NCBI GenBank assembly: GCA_046090125.1 | Contig: JBJSZF010000199.1 | Coordinates: 1 to 33,758, forward strand | Direction: 5' to 3' | Length of the DNA: 33,758 nucleotides | From: Verrucomicrobiota bacterium | GTDB lineage: Bacteria; Verrucomicrobiota; Verrucomicrobiia; Limisphaerales; UBA9464 | Shown: positions 18,518 to 28,071 of the stretch, piece after piece | Layout of the letters: each line of letters begins with the position of its first letter | How positions within the stretch are numbered: the stretch's first letter is position 1 | Notes under the pieces: generated by a model | Database searches by the model: none | Seen by the model: the letters and a program-made list of their open reading frames with translations, nothing else | What the model was told of the DNA's origin: nothing | Made by a program: the position numbers and the translations under genes

Positions 18518-19789
18518 ATGCCTTCGCCCCTCCCGTCGCCCGGCACGGCGCTGCACGTCTCCGTCGTGACCGAGACCTACCCGCCCGAGATCAACGGCGT
18601 CGCCATCACCGTGGCGCGCCTCGTCCGCGGCCTGCGCGCCGACGGGCATGCCGTCACCGTCACGCGCCCATGGCAAAGCGGGGACCACGCCGCGCCGCAC
18701 GCCCCAGCAACAGCGGCGGGCGCGGACGTCCTGACGCGTGGGATTCCCATCCCGCGCTATCCCGGGCTGAAGGCGGGCTTGCCCTGCGGAAGGCGTCTCC
18801 GTCGCTTGTGGCGCGAGCAACGGCCGGACGTGGTGCACGTGGCGACCGAGGGACCGTTGGGATGGTCAGCCGTCCAAGCGGCACGAGCCTTGTCGATCCC
18901 CTGCGTGTCCGAGTTCCGGACGAACTTCCACGCCTACAGCGAGCATTACGGGATCGGCTTCCTGCGGGGCCTCGTCCTCGGCTACCTGCGCCGCTTCCAC
19001 AACCGCTGCCATGCGACCATGGCCCCCACGGACTCCCTCGCCCGCAGCCTCGCATCCGAGGGCTTCGAGCGCCTCCATGTCGTGGGGCGTGGCGTGGACA
19101 CGGGGCTCTTCAACCCGGGTCGCCGGTCCGAGGCCCTGCGTCGCTCTTGGGGCGCAGGCCCGGGGGACATCGTGGTCTTGTCGGTGGGGCGCATCGCGCC
19201 GGAGAAGAACCTCGGCCTCCTGGAACGTAGCGCTGCGGCGATCGCGGCCGCCCGGCCGGACTCGCGAATGGTCGTCGTGGGCGACGGGCCCTGCCGGGCC
19301 GCGCTTCAGGGGCGTTGGCCGTCGGCAGTGTTTGTTGGCAAGCAACGGGACGACGCCTTGGCCGCCCATTATGCATCGGGCGACCTGCTCCTCTTCCCAA
19401 GCCTGACGGAGACGTATGGAAACGTGACCCTCGAGGCGATGGCCAGCGGGTTGGGCGTGGTGGCCTTCGACTACGGGGCGGCCGCCGAGGCCATCCAGCA
19501 CGGCCGGTCTGGCTGGCTGGCGCCGCACGGCGACGCCACCGCCTTCGTCGCGGCGGCGGTTCGCGCCGCAACGCATGCCGGGGAACTCGCATGCGCGCGG
19601 ACGGCGGCGGCCGCCGAGTCCGCCCGGTTGGGCTGGGGGCGTGTCCTCGAGGACCTCGTCGCCGTCTATCGCCATGCCATCCGGGACGGGCTTCAACCGG
19701 GGCAACGGGCTCCCGCGTCCACGCCCGGCTGGACGCGGCCGGGCGCCGCGTGCGACGTCGGCACCTCCATGCCCGAGGGAACGCCATGA
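18518..19789 (+). CDS. GT4 glycosyltransferase (Agt/MgtA-like diacylglycerol glycosyltransferase)
   Basis: VTETYPPEINGVA, HVATEGPLG, FRTNFHAY, GRGVD, VGRIAPEKN, FPSLTETYGNVTLEAMASG. Confidence 0.9.
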   Translation: MPSPLPSPGTALHVSVVTETYPPEINGVAITVARLVRGLRADGHAVTVTRPWQSGDHAAPHAPATAAGADVLTRGIPIPRYPGLKAGLPCGRRLRRLWREQRPDVVHVATEGPLGWSAVQAARALSIPCVSEFRTNFHAYSEHYGIGFLRGLVLGYLRRFHNRCHATMAPTDSLARSLASEGFERLHVVGRGVDTGLFNPGRRSEALRRSWGAGPGDIVVLSVGRIAPEKNLGLLERSAAAIAAARPDSRMVVVGDGPCRAALQGRWPSAVFVGKQRDDALAAHYASGDLLLFPSLTETYGNVTLEAMASGLGVVAFDYGAAAEAIQHGRSGWLAPHGDATAFVAAAVRAATHAGELACARTAAAAESARLGWGRVLEDLVAVYRHAIRDGLQPGQRAPASTPGWTRPGAACDVGTSMPEGTP

Positions 19790-19941
19790 CAAGGGAACCG
19801 TGCTGGGGCCGGCGTCGCGCGTCGATGCCCATCGCCGCGAGATCGTCGATCCCCCTCCTTGACCCCTCCTGGGACCCGTGTTGGCCTTTGAAAAACGCGC
19901 GGTCGCGGCGTCCATCGAGGAGCCCGGCGGCGCACCTTCGG

Positions 19942-20499
19942 ATGCAAGCGCCCGTCCATGACACGCCCGCCGGAAACGCCGACGCCGTCGTCGCCCGGTT
20001 CAACCCCCTGTACCGGCCGTACCTGGTGGTCACCATTGGGTTTGCGATGGCCTGCACGGTCGTGGGCATTCCCCTCGCGGTCGCGTGGTTCTGCGGGCTT
20101 GGCCCGTGGTGGGCGCGGCACTACTTCGACAAGCTTGAGTGCCAGGTGACCGACCGCGTGCTGCGGTTCCGAAAGGGGATCCTGTTCCAGGTCGAGAAGA
20201 CGGTGCCGCTCGAGAACATCCAGGACGTCACGTTCATCGAGGGACCCCTCCTCAAGCGGTTCCACCTGGCGACGCTGAAGTTCGAGACGGCTGGGCACAG
20301 CGCGGGGCAGGCCCACGACATGCAGCTCACGGGCATCATCGACGCGCACGAGTTCCGGAACCGGATCCTCGAGCGGCGCGACGCAATGCGACATGGGACG
20401 AGGTCGGCGGATGCACAGGGGCAGGGCGAGGTGGAGCTGCTGCGGCGGATGGCGGAGCGATTGGACGAGATCGCGACGCTGCTGCGCGAACGTCGATAG
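19942..20499 (+). CDS. Bacterial PH-domain (bPH_2) membrane protein
   Basis: Two TM segments, then KGILFQVEKTVPLENIQDV..GPLLKRFHLATLKFETAG. An alternative in-frame ATG at 19786 overlaps the GT4 stop. Confidence 0.8.
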   Translation: MQAPVHDTPAGNADAVVARFNPLYRPYLVVTIGFAMACTVVGIPLAVAWFCGLGPWWARHYFDKLECQVTDRVLRFRKGILFQVEKTVPLENIQDVTFIEGPLLKRFHLATLKFETAGHSAGQAHDMQLTGIIDAHEFRNRILERRDAMRHGTRSADAQGQGEVELLRRMAERLDEIATLLRERR

Positions 20500-20552
20500 T
20501 GTGGCCCAGGCATCCTGGGCGGACTCGACACGACGGCACGCCCAAGCGGGGG

Positions 20553-21422
20553 CTAAAGGAGGCCGGCCAACTCCGGTTGGACGGGCGGCTTTCCACCAGG
20601 GTCCCCCAATCGCGCCCCCGGCGCCCGCGCCCGCTCGGGGACGTCGTTACCCAGGTCCGGCGCCTGCGACCCCTGCCCTGCCCCGACCGCGCCCCGCTCA
20701 TGATAGCGAATCAACTCGAAGGAACCGTCGAAGTGCTCCGCCAAGGCCGTGCAGCTCTCGACCCAGTCGCCGCAGTTCATGTAGGTCATGCCGTCGATCA
20801 CACGCATCTCCGCGCGATGGATGTGGCCGCAGATGATGCCGTCCACCCGGGACGTCGCCGCCAACCGACACATGCCCTCCTCAAACTGCGTCACGTACTG
20901 GACGGCGGACTTCGCCTGGAGCTTGAGGTAGGACGCCACGGACCAGTACCCGAACCCGAGCCTTCGTCGGACGCGGTTGAAGTGGAGGTTGAGGTCGAGG
21001 ATCCAGTCGTAGGCACGGCTCCCGACACGTTCCAGCAGGCGGTTGAAGTGCACCAACCCGTCGAGTTGATGGCCGTGCAACACCAGCAACCTGCGCCCGT
21101 CGGCCGTCACGTGGATCGTCCGCTCCATGAGCTGGACGCCGCCCAGGGCAAGGCCCGCGAAGCCCTCCATGAACTCGTCGTGGTTGCCATACAGGTACGT
21201 GACCCGGGTCTCCTTGCGGTTCATGCGAAGGATCTTTTGGACCACCGTGTTGGCGTCGGGGTCCCACAGCCAACGCCGCCTCAGCTCCCAGCCATCGACG
21301 ATGTCGCCGACGAGGTAGAGGTGGCGGCATTCCACGCCGCGCAGGAACTCCAGCAGCGCGCGTGACTGCGCATGGCGGCTGCCGAGGTGGACGTCTGAGA
21401 TCCAGAGCGCGCGGTATTGCAT
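20553..21422 (-). CDS. plcP: PlcP-type phospholipase C (LpxH-like metallophosphoesterase)
   Basis: YRALWISDVHLG, YLVGDIVDGW, VVQKILR, GNHDEF, LHGHQLD, GFGYWS, ICGHIH, YMNCGDWVESCTAL. Clustered with a GT4. Confidence 0.8.
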   Translation of the reverse strand: MQYRALWISDVHLGSRHAQSRALLEFLRGVECRHLYLVGDIVDGWELRRRWLWDPDANTVVQKILRMNRKETRVTYLYGNHDEFMEGFAGLALGGVQLMERTIHVTADGRRLLVLHGHQLDGLVHFNRLLERVGSRAYDWILDLNLHFNRVRRRLGFGYWSVASYLKLQAKSAVQYVTQFEEGMCRLAATSRVDGIICGHIHRAEMRVIDGMTYMNCGDWVESCTALAEHFDGSFELIRYHERGAVGAGQGSQAPDLGNDVPERARAPGARLGDPGGKPPVQPELAGLL

Positions 21423-21666
21423 GATGGCCCCGGCGTCTTGATCGCGGGACGCCTTTCCTTTCACCAACGCGAGGCGCTCCCGGCAAGGGCAGACCCAGCC
21501 CGTTTCTGGATTATCGCCCTGCCGTCACGCAGCCGCAGCATCGGGGGGGGCCGAGGGCCCGCGTCACCGGACGTTGCGTGCCCGCCATGCCGTCGTCGCG
21601 GCGTGTTTTCGGTTCCTTCACGGGCAGGCCGCCGATTTGGCAGCCATGACGAGGCCAAGATTCGGG

Positions 21667-24600
21667 GTGAAGAAAACGATGTGTTGGATTGGCTTGTGGG
21701 CATGCGCGGCGGCCGCGCACGCGCAGTTCGAGGGCTTCGTCAACCATGGCCTGGCGGGGGTGGGCCGCCTCCCGGCTGGCCTCTACGACCAGGCAGGGCC
21801 GGGACGCGACACGTTGGGGGGCCTGTTCTCCTCGATGGCCGTGGACCCATCCTCGCTTGTCTATGAAGGCGGCCAGATCCGCGGCGTGTTGTGGGGCCTG
21901 CCCGACCGCGGCTTCGGCGACGGCGCGACGGACTACCGGCCGCGCGTCCAGAAGCTGGGGTTTGGAATCACGCCGTTCCTCGGCGGCGGCACGGCGCCCG
22001 GCCAAGGGCAAATCGTGTTCACGAACCTCTCCACCGTGTTGTTCACCTACGGCGGCACGAACTTCACCGGGTTCGACGGGGGCTCCACCAACGCGCCCGT
22101 CCTCCCGCAGTCGCCGGCTGGATCCATCGGCGGCGGCCGGCTGTCGATCGACCCGGAGGGCCTCGTGCTGCTGCCGGACGGCGGCTTTTGGGTGAGCGAC
22201 GAGTACGGGCCTGCGCTCTACCGGTTCAATGCCCAGGGCGAGCTGCTGGAGACGCTCCTTCCCCCGCCCGCCCTCCTGCCCCGGAATGCGGCCGGCACCC
22301 TCAACTTCACCGGCGCCTCCGCCCCGGCCTACGGCCGCCGCAACAACCGCGGCCTCGAGGGGCTCTCCATCACGCCCGACGGCCGCCGCCTGGTCGCCGT
22401 CCTCCAAAGCCCCACCATCCAGGACGGCGGGGCCGGCAACCTCGGGCGCATGACCCGCGTGCTGCAATTCGACGTCTCCGACGGTTCCCCCACGCGCGGG
22501 CAAGTGGTGGCCGAGCACCTCTATCAGCTCACCCTGAACGGCACCGCCCAAACCAACCGCCACACGCCTGTCAGCGAGCTGCTCGTCGTCAACCCCACCA
22601 CGTTCCTCCTGCTCGAGCGCGACAGCCTCGGCCTTGGCGTGGGCACCAACACGCCGCCCTCCTTCAAGCGCGTCGTGGTCGCGTCCACCCTGGGGGCCAC
22701 CAACGTGGCCGGAGGAGCCTATGACCTCGCCCCGGGCACCCCGGGCCAGGCCAACCTCCCCGCGAACCAACCGCCCTCGGGCGTTGCTCCCCTCGCACGC
22801 AAGGACCTCATCGACCTCATCGATCCCGCCGACCTCGCGCGCTTCGGCCTCAACGTCAGCACCAACCAGGACGCCAACACGATCTCGGAGAAATGGGAGG
22901 CCCTTGGCCTTGTCCCCCTCAAGGATCCCACCCGTCCTGACGACTACCTGCTGCTCGTCGGCAACGACAACGACTTCAAGTCCCAGGTCGTCTTCCACAA
23001 CGGTGTCGCCGTCGGCACCAACGACGTCCCGGTGGACAACATGCTCCTCGCCTACCACGTGACCCTGCCGGGCGTTGGCGCGCCCGCGCCTGCCCTTTCG
23101 GCGCCCTCCGTGGCGTGGACGTTGCCCGCCACCGACCTCTACGCGGCCGGCCCCCTGACGCTGGGCGTGAGCGTGTACGACGACGATGGCCGCGTCATGA
23201 AGGCCGAGTTCCTTGAGGACGGCGTGCCGGTGGGCACCGCCACGGGTTTCCCGTTCCGCGTCACGATTCCCAACCCGGCCCCGGGGCAGCACGTGTACGT
23301 CGTGCGCGTCACGGACAACGACGGCCTCACGGCCGAGGCCACCCGCACCCTGCAAGTCACCGCCTCGAACCAGCCGCCGCAGGTCGCCGTCACCGCCCCC
23401 GCTGCCTCGCTGCGCGCCCCGGCCAACGTCGCCGCCGCCGTCTCGACGTCGGACCTCGACGGCAGCGTGGTCCAGGTGCAGTACCGCCTCGACGACGTGG
23501 CCATCCCAGCCAGCACCAACGCCCCGTTCGGCGTCACCCTTCCGTTCGTGGGCGTCGGGCCGCACCAGCTCGTCGCCGTGGCCACGGACAACCTCGGCCT
23601 CTCGTCCACGTCGGCGCCCGTGTCCTTCACCGTCCTGCGCGCCACGTCGGCCCCGCTGTCCCTGCAGGTCCTGCACGCCTCGGACTTCGAGGCCGGCATC
23701 CCGGCGCTCGACGACGCCGTCGGCTTTTCCCGCGTCCTCAACGCGCTCCGGACTGACTTCCCCACCAACACCCTCGTCCTCAGCTCCGGCGACAACTACA
23801 TCCCGGGCCCGTTCTTCACCGCCAGCGCCGACCCCGCCGCGCCCTACAACGGGGTCAAGGGCCGTGCCGACATCGCCATCCTCAACGCCCTCGGCATCCA
23901 GGTTTCCGCGGCGGGCAACCATGAGTTCGACGACAACACCGCGCAGTTTGCCTCGATGCTCCGTGCGGACGCGGCGGCGGGCTACGCCGGAACCTTGTTC
24001 CCCTATCTCAGCGCCAACCTCGACTTCAATGCGGACTCCAACACGCGCACGTTGATCACGGCGGATGCCCAGGACGCGCGCCTGGGCACCAACAAGGTCG
24101 CCCGTTCCTGCACCGTGCAGGTCGGAGGCCAGCTCGTCGGCCTCGTCGGGGCCACCACCATCGAGCTCCGCCAGATCAGCACGCCCGGCTCCATCGCCGT
24201 GTCCACCAACCTCGTGGGAACCATCCAGGCCGCCGTGGACGGCCTGCTCGCCCGCGGCTGCAACAAGGTGATTCTCCTCGCCCACCTCCAGCAGTACGCC
24301 AACGAGTTCGCCCTCGCCACCCGCCTTCGTGACGTGGACCTCATCATCGCCGGCGGCTCGCACGTCGTCTTTGCCAAGCCCTCCGACCGCCTACGGCCCG
24401 GCCAGTCGCGTGCCGAGAACTATCCCACCGCCTTCACCTCCCCGTCCGGCGAACCCGTCCACGTCGTCAATGCCGGGGCCAACTTCGAGTACGTCGGTCG
24501 ATGGATCGCCTCGTTTGACGAGGAGGGCCGCGTCGCGGTGATCGACGGCCGGAGCGGGGCCTACGCCACCGACGCCGAGGGCGTCGCCAGCACCGGGTCC

Positions 24601-25719
24601 GCTCCCGCACACCCCGCCATCACCAACATCGTCGGCAACCTCGGCGGGATCATCGACGGCAAGGACGGCCGTCGCTTCGGGCGCACCACCGTCTATCTGA
24701 ACGGCCTGCGCGCCTCCGTCCGCACGGAGGAAAGCAACCTCGGCAACCTCACCGCCGACGCCAACCTCTGGCGCGCCCAGCAGGCAGACCCAGGCACGTC
24801 CCTCTCCCTCAAGAACGGCGGCGGCATCCGTGACAGCATCGGCGGCATCCTCTCGTCGGCCGGGTCCAGCACCCCCGTCTTCATCCCGCCCCCGGCCAAC
24901 CCGCGCGTGGGCAAGCAGGCGGGCGAGGTGAGCCAGCTCGACATCGAGAACGCGCTCCGCTTCAACAACGGACTCTCGCTGCTGACCCTTACGGCGCAGC
25001 AACTGCGCGACGCCATGGAGTGGGCCGTCGCGGCCACCACCGCCACCGCCACCCCCGGGCAGTTCCCGCAGGTCTCCGGCATGTCGTTCTCCTTCGACAT
25101 TTCCCTCCCGGCCATGACCTACACCCGGTCCACCAACAACGTGATCACCGGGATCAACAACCCCGGGCAACGCCTTCGCTCCCTCGTGGCGCGGCGGGCC
25201 AACGGATCGCTGGACCTCGTCGTGGAGAACGGCGTCCTCGTGGGCGACCCTGGGCGCACCTTCCGCATGGTCACCCTCGAATTCCTCGCCACCGGCGGGG
25301 ACTCGTACTACCCGCTGTCGCTGGGCTCCGGCGTGGTCAACCTCGTGCCGGCCGGGATCCAGAAGACGTTCGACACGGACGGGGCCGAGCAGCGGGCCCT
25401 GGCCGACTACCTCCAGGTCATCGGCACGTACACCGCCGCCGACACCGGGCGGGCCCTCGATGAGCGCATCCAGAACCTTGGGTTCCGCTCCGACTCCACG
25501 CTGCGCCCCGCCATGACGTCGCTGGCTTCCGACGCCGGAGGCTCGGTCGTCTCCTTCACCACGCTGCCCGGCAAGTCCTACCGGCTGGAGTCCCAGGACC
25601 TCCTCGGCGGCGGCTGGCAGGCCGTGGGGGATGCCATCACCGGCGACGGAAGCATCCGCCAACTCGGCGACCCTTCACCCGCCGCCCCGATGCGCTTCTA
25701 TCGGGTTCGCGTTCCCTGA
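21667..25719 (+). CDS. Secreted multidomain phosphatase: phytase-like esterase domain, two Ig-like (Big) domains, 5'-nucleotidase (metallophosphoesterase + C-domain) and a C-terminal RFYRV domain
   Basis: Signal MKKT...AHA. TLGG, LPDRG, DPEG, WVSDEYGP, NNRGLEG, EKWEA, NDNDF. VTDNDG and ATDNLG Ig motifs. LHASDFE, SSGDNY, GNHEFD, AHLQQ, GGSH, NGGGIRDSI, GQFPQVSG. Start is GTG 21667 or ATG 21646. Confidence 0.88.
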   Translation: MKKTMCWIGLWACAAAAHAQFEGFVNHGLAGVGRLPAGLYDQAGPGRDTLGGLFSSMAVDPSSLVYEGGQIRGVLWGLPDRGFGDGATDYRPRVQKLGFGITPFLGGGTAPGQGQIVFTNLSTVLFTYGGTNFTGFDGGSTNAPVLPQSPAGSIGGGRLSIDPEGLVLLPDGGFWVSDEYGPALYRFNAQGELLETLLPPPALLPRNAAGTLNFTGASAPAYGRRNNRGLEGLSITPDGRRLVAVLQSPTIQDGGAGNLGRMTRVLQFDVSDGSPTRGQVVAEHLYQLTLNGTAQTNRHTPVSELLVVNPTTFLLLERDSLGLGVGTNTPPSFKRVVVASTLGATNVAGGAYDLAPGTPGQANLPANQPPSGVAPLARKDLIDLIDPADLARFGLNVSTNQDANTISEKWEALGLVPLKDPTRPDDYLLLVGNDNDFKSQVVFHNGVAVGTNDVPVDNMLLAYHVTLPGVGAPAPALSAPSVAWTLPATDLYAAGPLTLGVSVYDDDGRVMKAEFLEDGVPVGTATGFPFRVTIPNPAPGQHVYVVRVTDNDGLTAEATRTLQVTASNQPPQVAVTAPAASLRAPANVAAAVSTSDLDGSVVQVQYRLDDVAIPASTNAPFGVTLPFVGVGPHQLVAVATDNLGLSSTSAPVSFTVLRATSAPLSLQVLHASDFEAGIPALDDAVGFSRVLNALRTDFPTNTLVLSSGDNYIPGPFFTASADPAAPYNGVKGRADIAILNALGIQVSAAGNHEFDDNTAQFASMLRADAAAGYAGTLFPYLSANLDFNADSNTRTLITADAQDARLGTNKVARSCTVQVGGQLVGLVGATTIELRQISTPGSIAVSTNLVGTIQAAVDGLLARGCNKVILLAHLQQYANEFALATRLRDVDLIIAGGSHVVFAKPSDRLRPGQSRAENYPTAFTSPSGEPVHVVNAGANFEYVGRWIASFDEEGRVAVIDGRSGAYATDAEGVASTGSAPAHPAITNIVGNLGGIIDGKDGRRFGRTTVYLNGLRASVRTEESNLGNLTADANLWRAQQADPGTSLSLKNGGGIRDSIGGILSSAGSSTPVFIPPPANPRVGKQAGEVSQLDIENALRFNNGLSLLTLTAQQLRDAMEWAVAATTATATPGQFPQVSGMSFSFDISLPAMTYTRSTNNVITGINNPGQRLRSLVARRANGSLDLVVENGVLVGDPGRTFRMVTLEFLATGGDSYYPLSLGSGVVNLVPAGIQKTFDTDGAEQRALADYLQVIGTYTAADTGRALDERIQNLGFRSDSTLRPAMTSLASDAGGSVVSFTTLPGKSYRLESQDLLGGGWQAVGDAITGDGSIRQLGDPSPAAPMRFYRVRVP

Positions 25720-25856
25720 GCCATCCCGCACCCAAGCCGTCGGCTCCTCCCGCGGGGCCGACGGCCCGGGGCCGAATCGGTGGGGCCTGGAGGTGCCTTG
25801 CGCCGGTCCTTGGGCGTGATTGTCAACGGATGCAGGGTCGCGGCAGGGTGGGGGGC

Positions 25857-26795
25857 ATGAGGAGGGTTTGGCAGCTGTTGATGGGAGGGTGCCTGGCGGG
25901 CGGGCTGGCGCTGGCGGCAGGTCCGGGCGGCATGGCGGAGGGACAGGTGGATGCCGCGTTGCAGGCCCGCGTGGACGGGGCCGTCGCACGCGCTTGCCAG
26001 CAGGGACGCCCAAGCCCGCTGACTCCCAGCCAGGTCGCGGTCACGTTGATGGACATCTCCCGGCCCGGGGCCGCGCGATGGGCGGCGCACCGGGGCGACC
26101 AGCCCATCTACCCGGCGAGCGTGGTCAAGCTGTTCTACCTGGTGGCGGCGCACCGTTGGCTGGAGGACGGGCGCATCGAGGATTCGGCGGAGCTTCGGCG
26201 CGCGATGAAGGACATGATCGTGGACTCGTCGAACGAGGCGACGCACTACGTGCTGGACGTGTTGACGGGGACGACGAGCGGCCCGGAGCTGACGCCGGAC
26301 GCGCTGCGCTCGTGGCAGGAACAACGCAACGCGGTGAACCGTTACTTCGCGGGGCTGGGCTACCGGGGAATCAACTGCAACAAGAAGCCCTGGTGCGAGG
26401 GTCCCTACGGCCGGGAGACGCAGGCCATCCGGGCCTTCGAGCCCAAGCGAAACCAACTGACGACCGACGCGACGGCCCGGTTGATGGCGGAGGTGGCCCT
26501 CGGCCAATCGGTGACGCCGAAACGTTGCGATGACATGAAGGCGTTGCTAGCGCGGGATCCCAAGGCGGTCCCGAAGCCCGACGACCAAACGACAGGATTC
26601 GTGGCCGGCGGATTGCCGACGGGCGCCAAGCTTTGGTCGAAGGCCGGTTGGACCAGCCAGACGCGGCATGACTGCGCACTGGTGGAGTTGCCAGATGGCG
26701 GGCGTTGGGTGGTTGTGATCTTCACCGAGGGCCATGCGCAGGACGAGGGGCTCCTGCCGGGGCTGGCGCGCGACTTGTTGGCGCTGCGGCCGTGA
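25857..26795 (+). CDS. Serine hydrolase, class A beta-lactamase-like fold
   Basis: Signal peptide. SxxK (ASVVK), SxN (SSN), KAG (WSKAGWTSQTRHD). Confidence 0.88.
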   Translation: MRRVWQLLMGGCLAGGLALAAGPGGMAEGQVDAALQARVDGAVARACQQGRPSPLTPSQVAVTLMDISRPGAARWAAHRGDQPIYPASVVKLFYLVAAHRWLEDGRIEDSAELRRAMKDMIVDSSNEATHYVLDVLTGTTSGPELTPDALRSWQEQRNAVNRYFAGLGYRGINCNKKPWCEGPYGRETQAIRAFEPKRNQLTTDATARLMAEVALGQSVTPKRCDDMKALLARDPKAVPKPDDQTTGFVAGGLPTGAKLWSKAGWTSQTRHDCALVELPDGGRWVVVIFTEGHAQDEGLLPGLARDLLALRP

Positions 26796-26810
26796 GGGAC
26801 GGGACGCGGG

Positions 26811-26845
26811 GGCAGGGAGCGGGGAGCGGGGAACGGGGAACGGGG
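26811..26845. repeat. Heptamer tandem repeat (A[G/A]CGGGG) x5
   Basis: GGCAGGG AGCGGGG AGCGGGG AACGGGG AACGGGG, between convergent stop codons. Confidence 0.7.
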
Positions 26846-27637
26846 TCAGGCGTCGGGCAAAACGAGGGTGGTGCCCGGCGCATCCTGGGAGGTGTCCTCG
26901 ACCCGCACATGGGACGCTCCGACCGCATTGAGGCGGGCGGAAACGATGGACCGTGCGAGCTCGGGGCGGTTGCAGTCGCGGCTGAGGTGCCCGAGATAGA
27001 CCGTTGAGAGGCCGTGTGGGGCGAGCTCGGCGGCGACGTCTGCGGCGGCGTGGTTGGAGAGGTGGCCGTGGCGGCTAAGGATGCGTTGCTTGGTGCTCCA
27101 CGGGCGGCGGGTGTCCTCCTGGAGAAGGTGAAGGTCATGGTTGGCCTCGAGCACCAGGACCTCCGAATGGCGCACGCGTTGCAGGATGAGCTGGGTGACG
27201 TGGCCGAGGTCGGTCAGGAACCCGATGCGTCGCCCGGCGGCCGTGAGGGCGAAGCCGACGGGGTCCATGGCGTCATGCGGCACGGAGAAGGACTGGACGC
27301 CGACGTTGCCGATGTCGAAGGCGGCTCCCGTCTCGAAGATGCGCCATGCGAGCTTCCGTTCGAGGGAGCGGCTGGCGGCATCGGCGGTGAGACGGTTGGC
27401 GTAGATGGGGATGCCGAGCTTCTCGCACAGGACGCCGAGGCCGCAGATATGGTCGCCATGCTCATGGGTGACGAGGACGGCCGAGAGGCCCTCCGGGCTG
27501 CGGCCGATGCTGGCCAGGCGCTTCCGGATCTGGAGGGCGCTGAGGCCGGCGTCGATGAGGACCCGCGTCTCGCCGCATTCAAGATAGGCGCAGTTTCCGC
27601 TGCTTCCGCTGGCCAGGATGGTGAACTGCACCGGCAT
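26846..27637 (-). CDS. MBL-fold metallo-hydrolase (YycJ/WalJ-like)
   Basis: LASGSSGN, LIDAG, THEHGDH, HDAMDPVG, TDLG, EANHD, GHLSN, LGHLSRDCN. Confidence 0.92.
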   Translation of the reverse strand: MPVQFTILASGSSGNCAYLECGETRVLIDAGLSALQIRKRLASIGRSPEGLSAVLVTHEHGDHICGLGVLCEKLGIPIYANRLTADAASRSLERKLAWRIFETGAAFDIGNVGVQSFSVPHDAMDPVGFALTAAGRRIGFLTDLGHVTQLILQRVRHSEVLVLEANHDLHLLQEDTRRPWSTKQRILSRHGHLSNHAAADVAAELAPHGLSTVYLGHLSRDCNRPELARSIVSARLNAVGASHVRVEDTSQDAPGTTLVLPDA

Positions 27638-28014
27638 GGGGGAGCGAGAATCCACCAGGACCCGGGCGGCGGCAATCCAAGGGTTGGGCGAGGCTCGCGG
27701 GCGGGTGCGCCCGGGAGGCGTGAGGGCAGTGCCGCTCCAGAAAACGGGGCAAACGGGCCTGTAACCGGCCCATGGGCTGGGCGTAGCCGGGGAACGGAGC
27801 CGCGTCAGGTCACAGGGTTGGGTTCGTCGCATGGCTCCTGCGGCGGACCCACTTCAACACCGGCCGGGGCTTGCCCGGCAACCACCCGTCACCTGCTGCG
27901 GACGTCACGGCAACGCGCTCGTTCAGGCAAGAGGAACAGTGCCTCGTCGCACGGACGGAATGGGGGCAAGCCCCGGCCTTTCTTGTGCCCGGAGACAGGA
28001 GGGTTCCGGGCACG

Positions 28015-28062
28015 AAAAAGCCCCGGGAACGGTCGCTGGCACCGTTCCCGGGGCGTTTTGTT
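28015..28062. terminator. Bidirectional intrinsic terminator
   Basis: Perfect 14-bp stem GCCCCGGGAACGGT/ACCGTTCCCGGGGC (28020-28054), with AAAAA on the left and GTTTTGTT on the right. Confidence 0.85.
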
Positions 28063-28071
28063 GGGGCCTCC

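Noticed and set aside
19786-19941. Longer N-terminus for the PH-domain gene via ATGA overlap with the GT4 stop
   Set aside because: The 52-aa extension looks non-protein-like, so ATG 19942 is preferred. Not fully excluded.
25857-27637. Antibiotic-resistance pair (serine and metallo beta-lactamases)
   Set aside because: The serine enzyme has SSN/KAG and no evident class A omega-loop ExxLN. The MBL protein is YycJ-like. The folds do not imply resistance.
27745-27790. c-di-GMP-I riboswitch (GGCAAAC...)
   Set aside because: Lacks the downstream G(A/G)CGCAAAG element, and there is no co-directional downstream gene.
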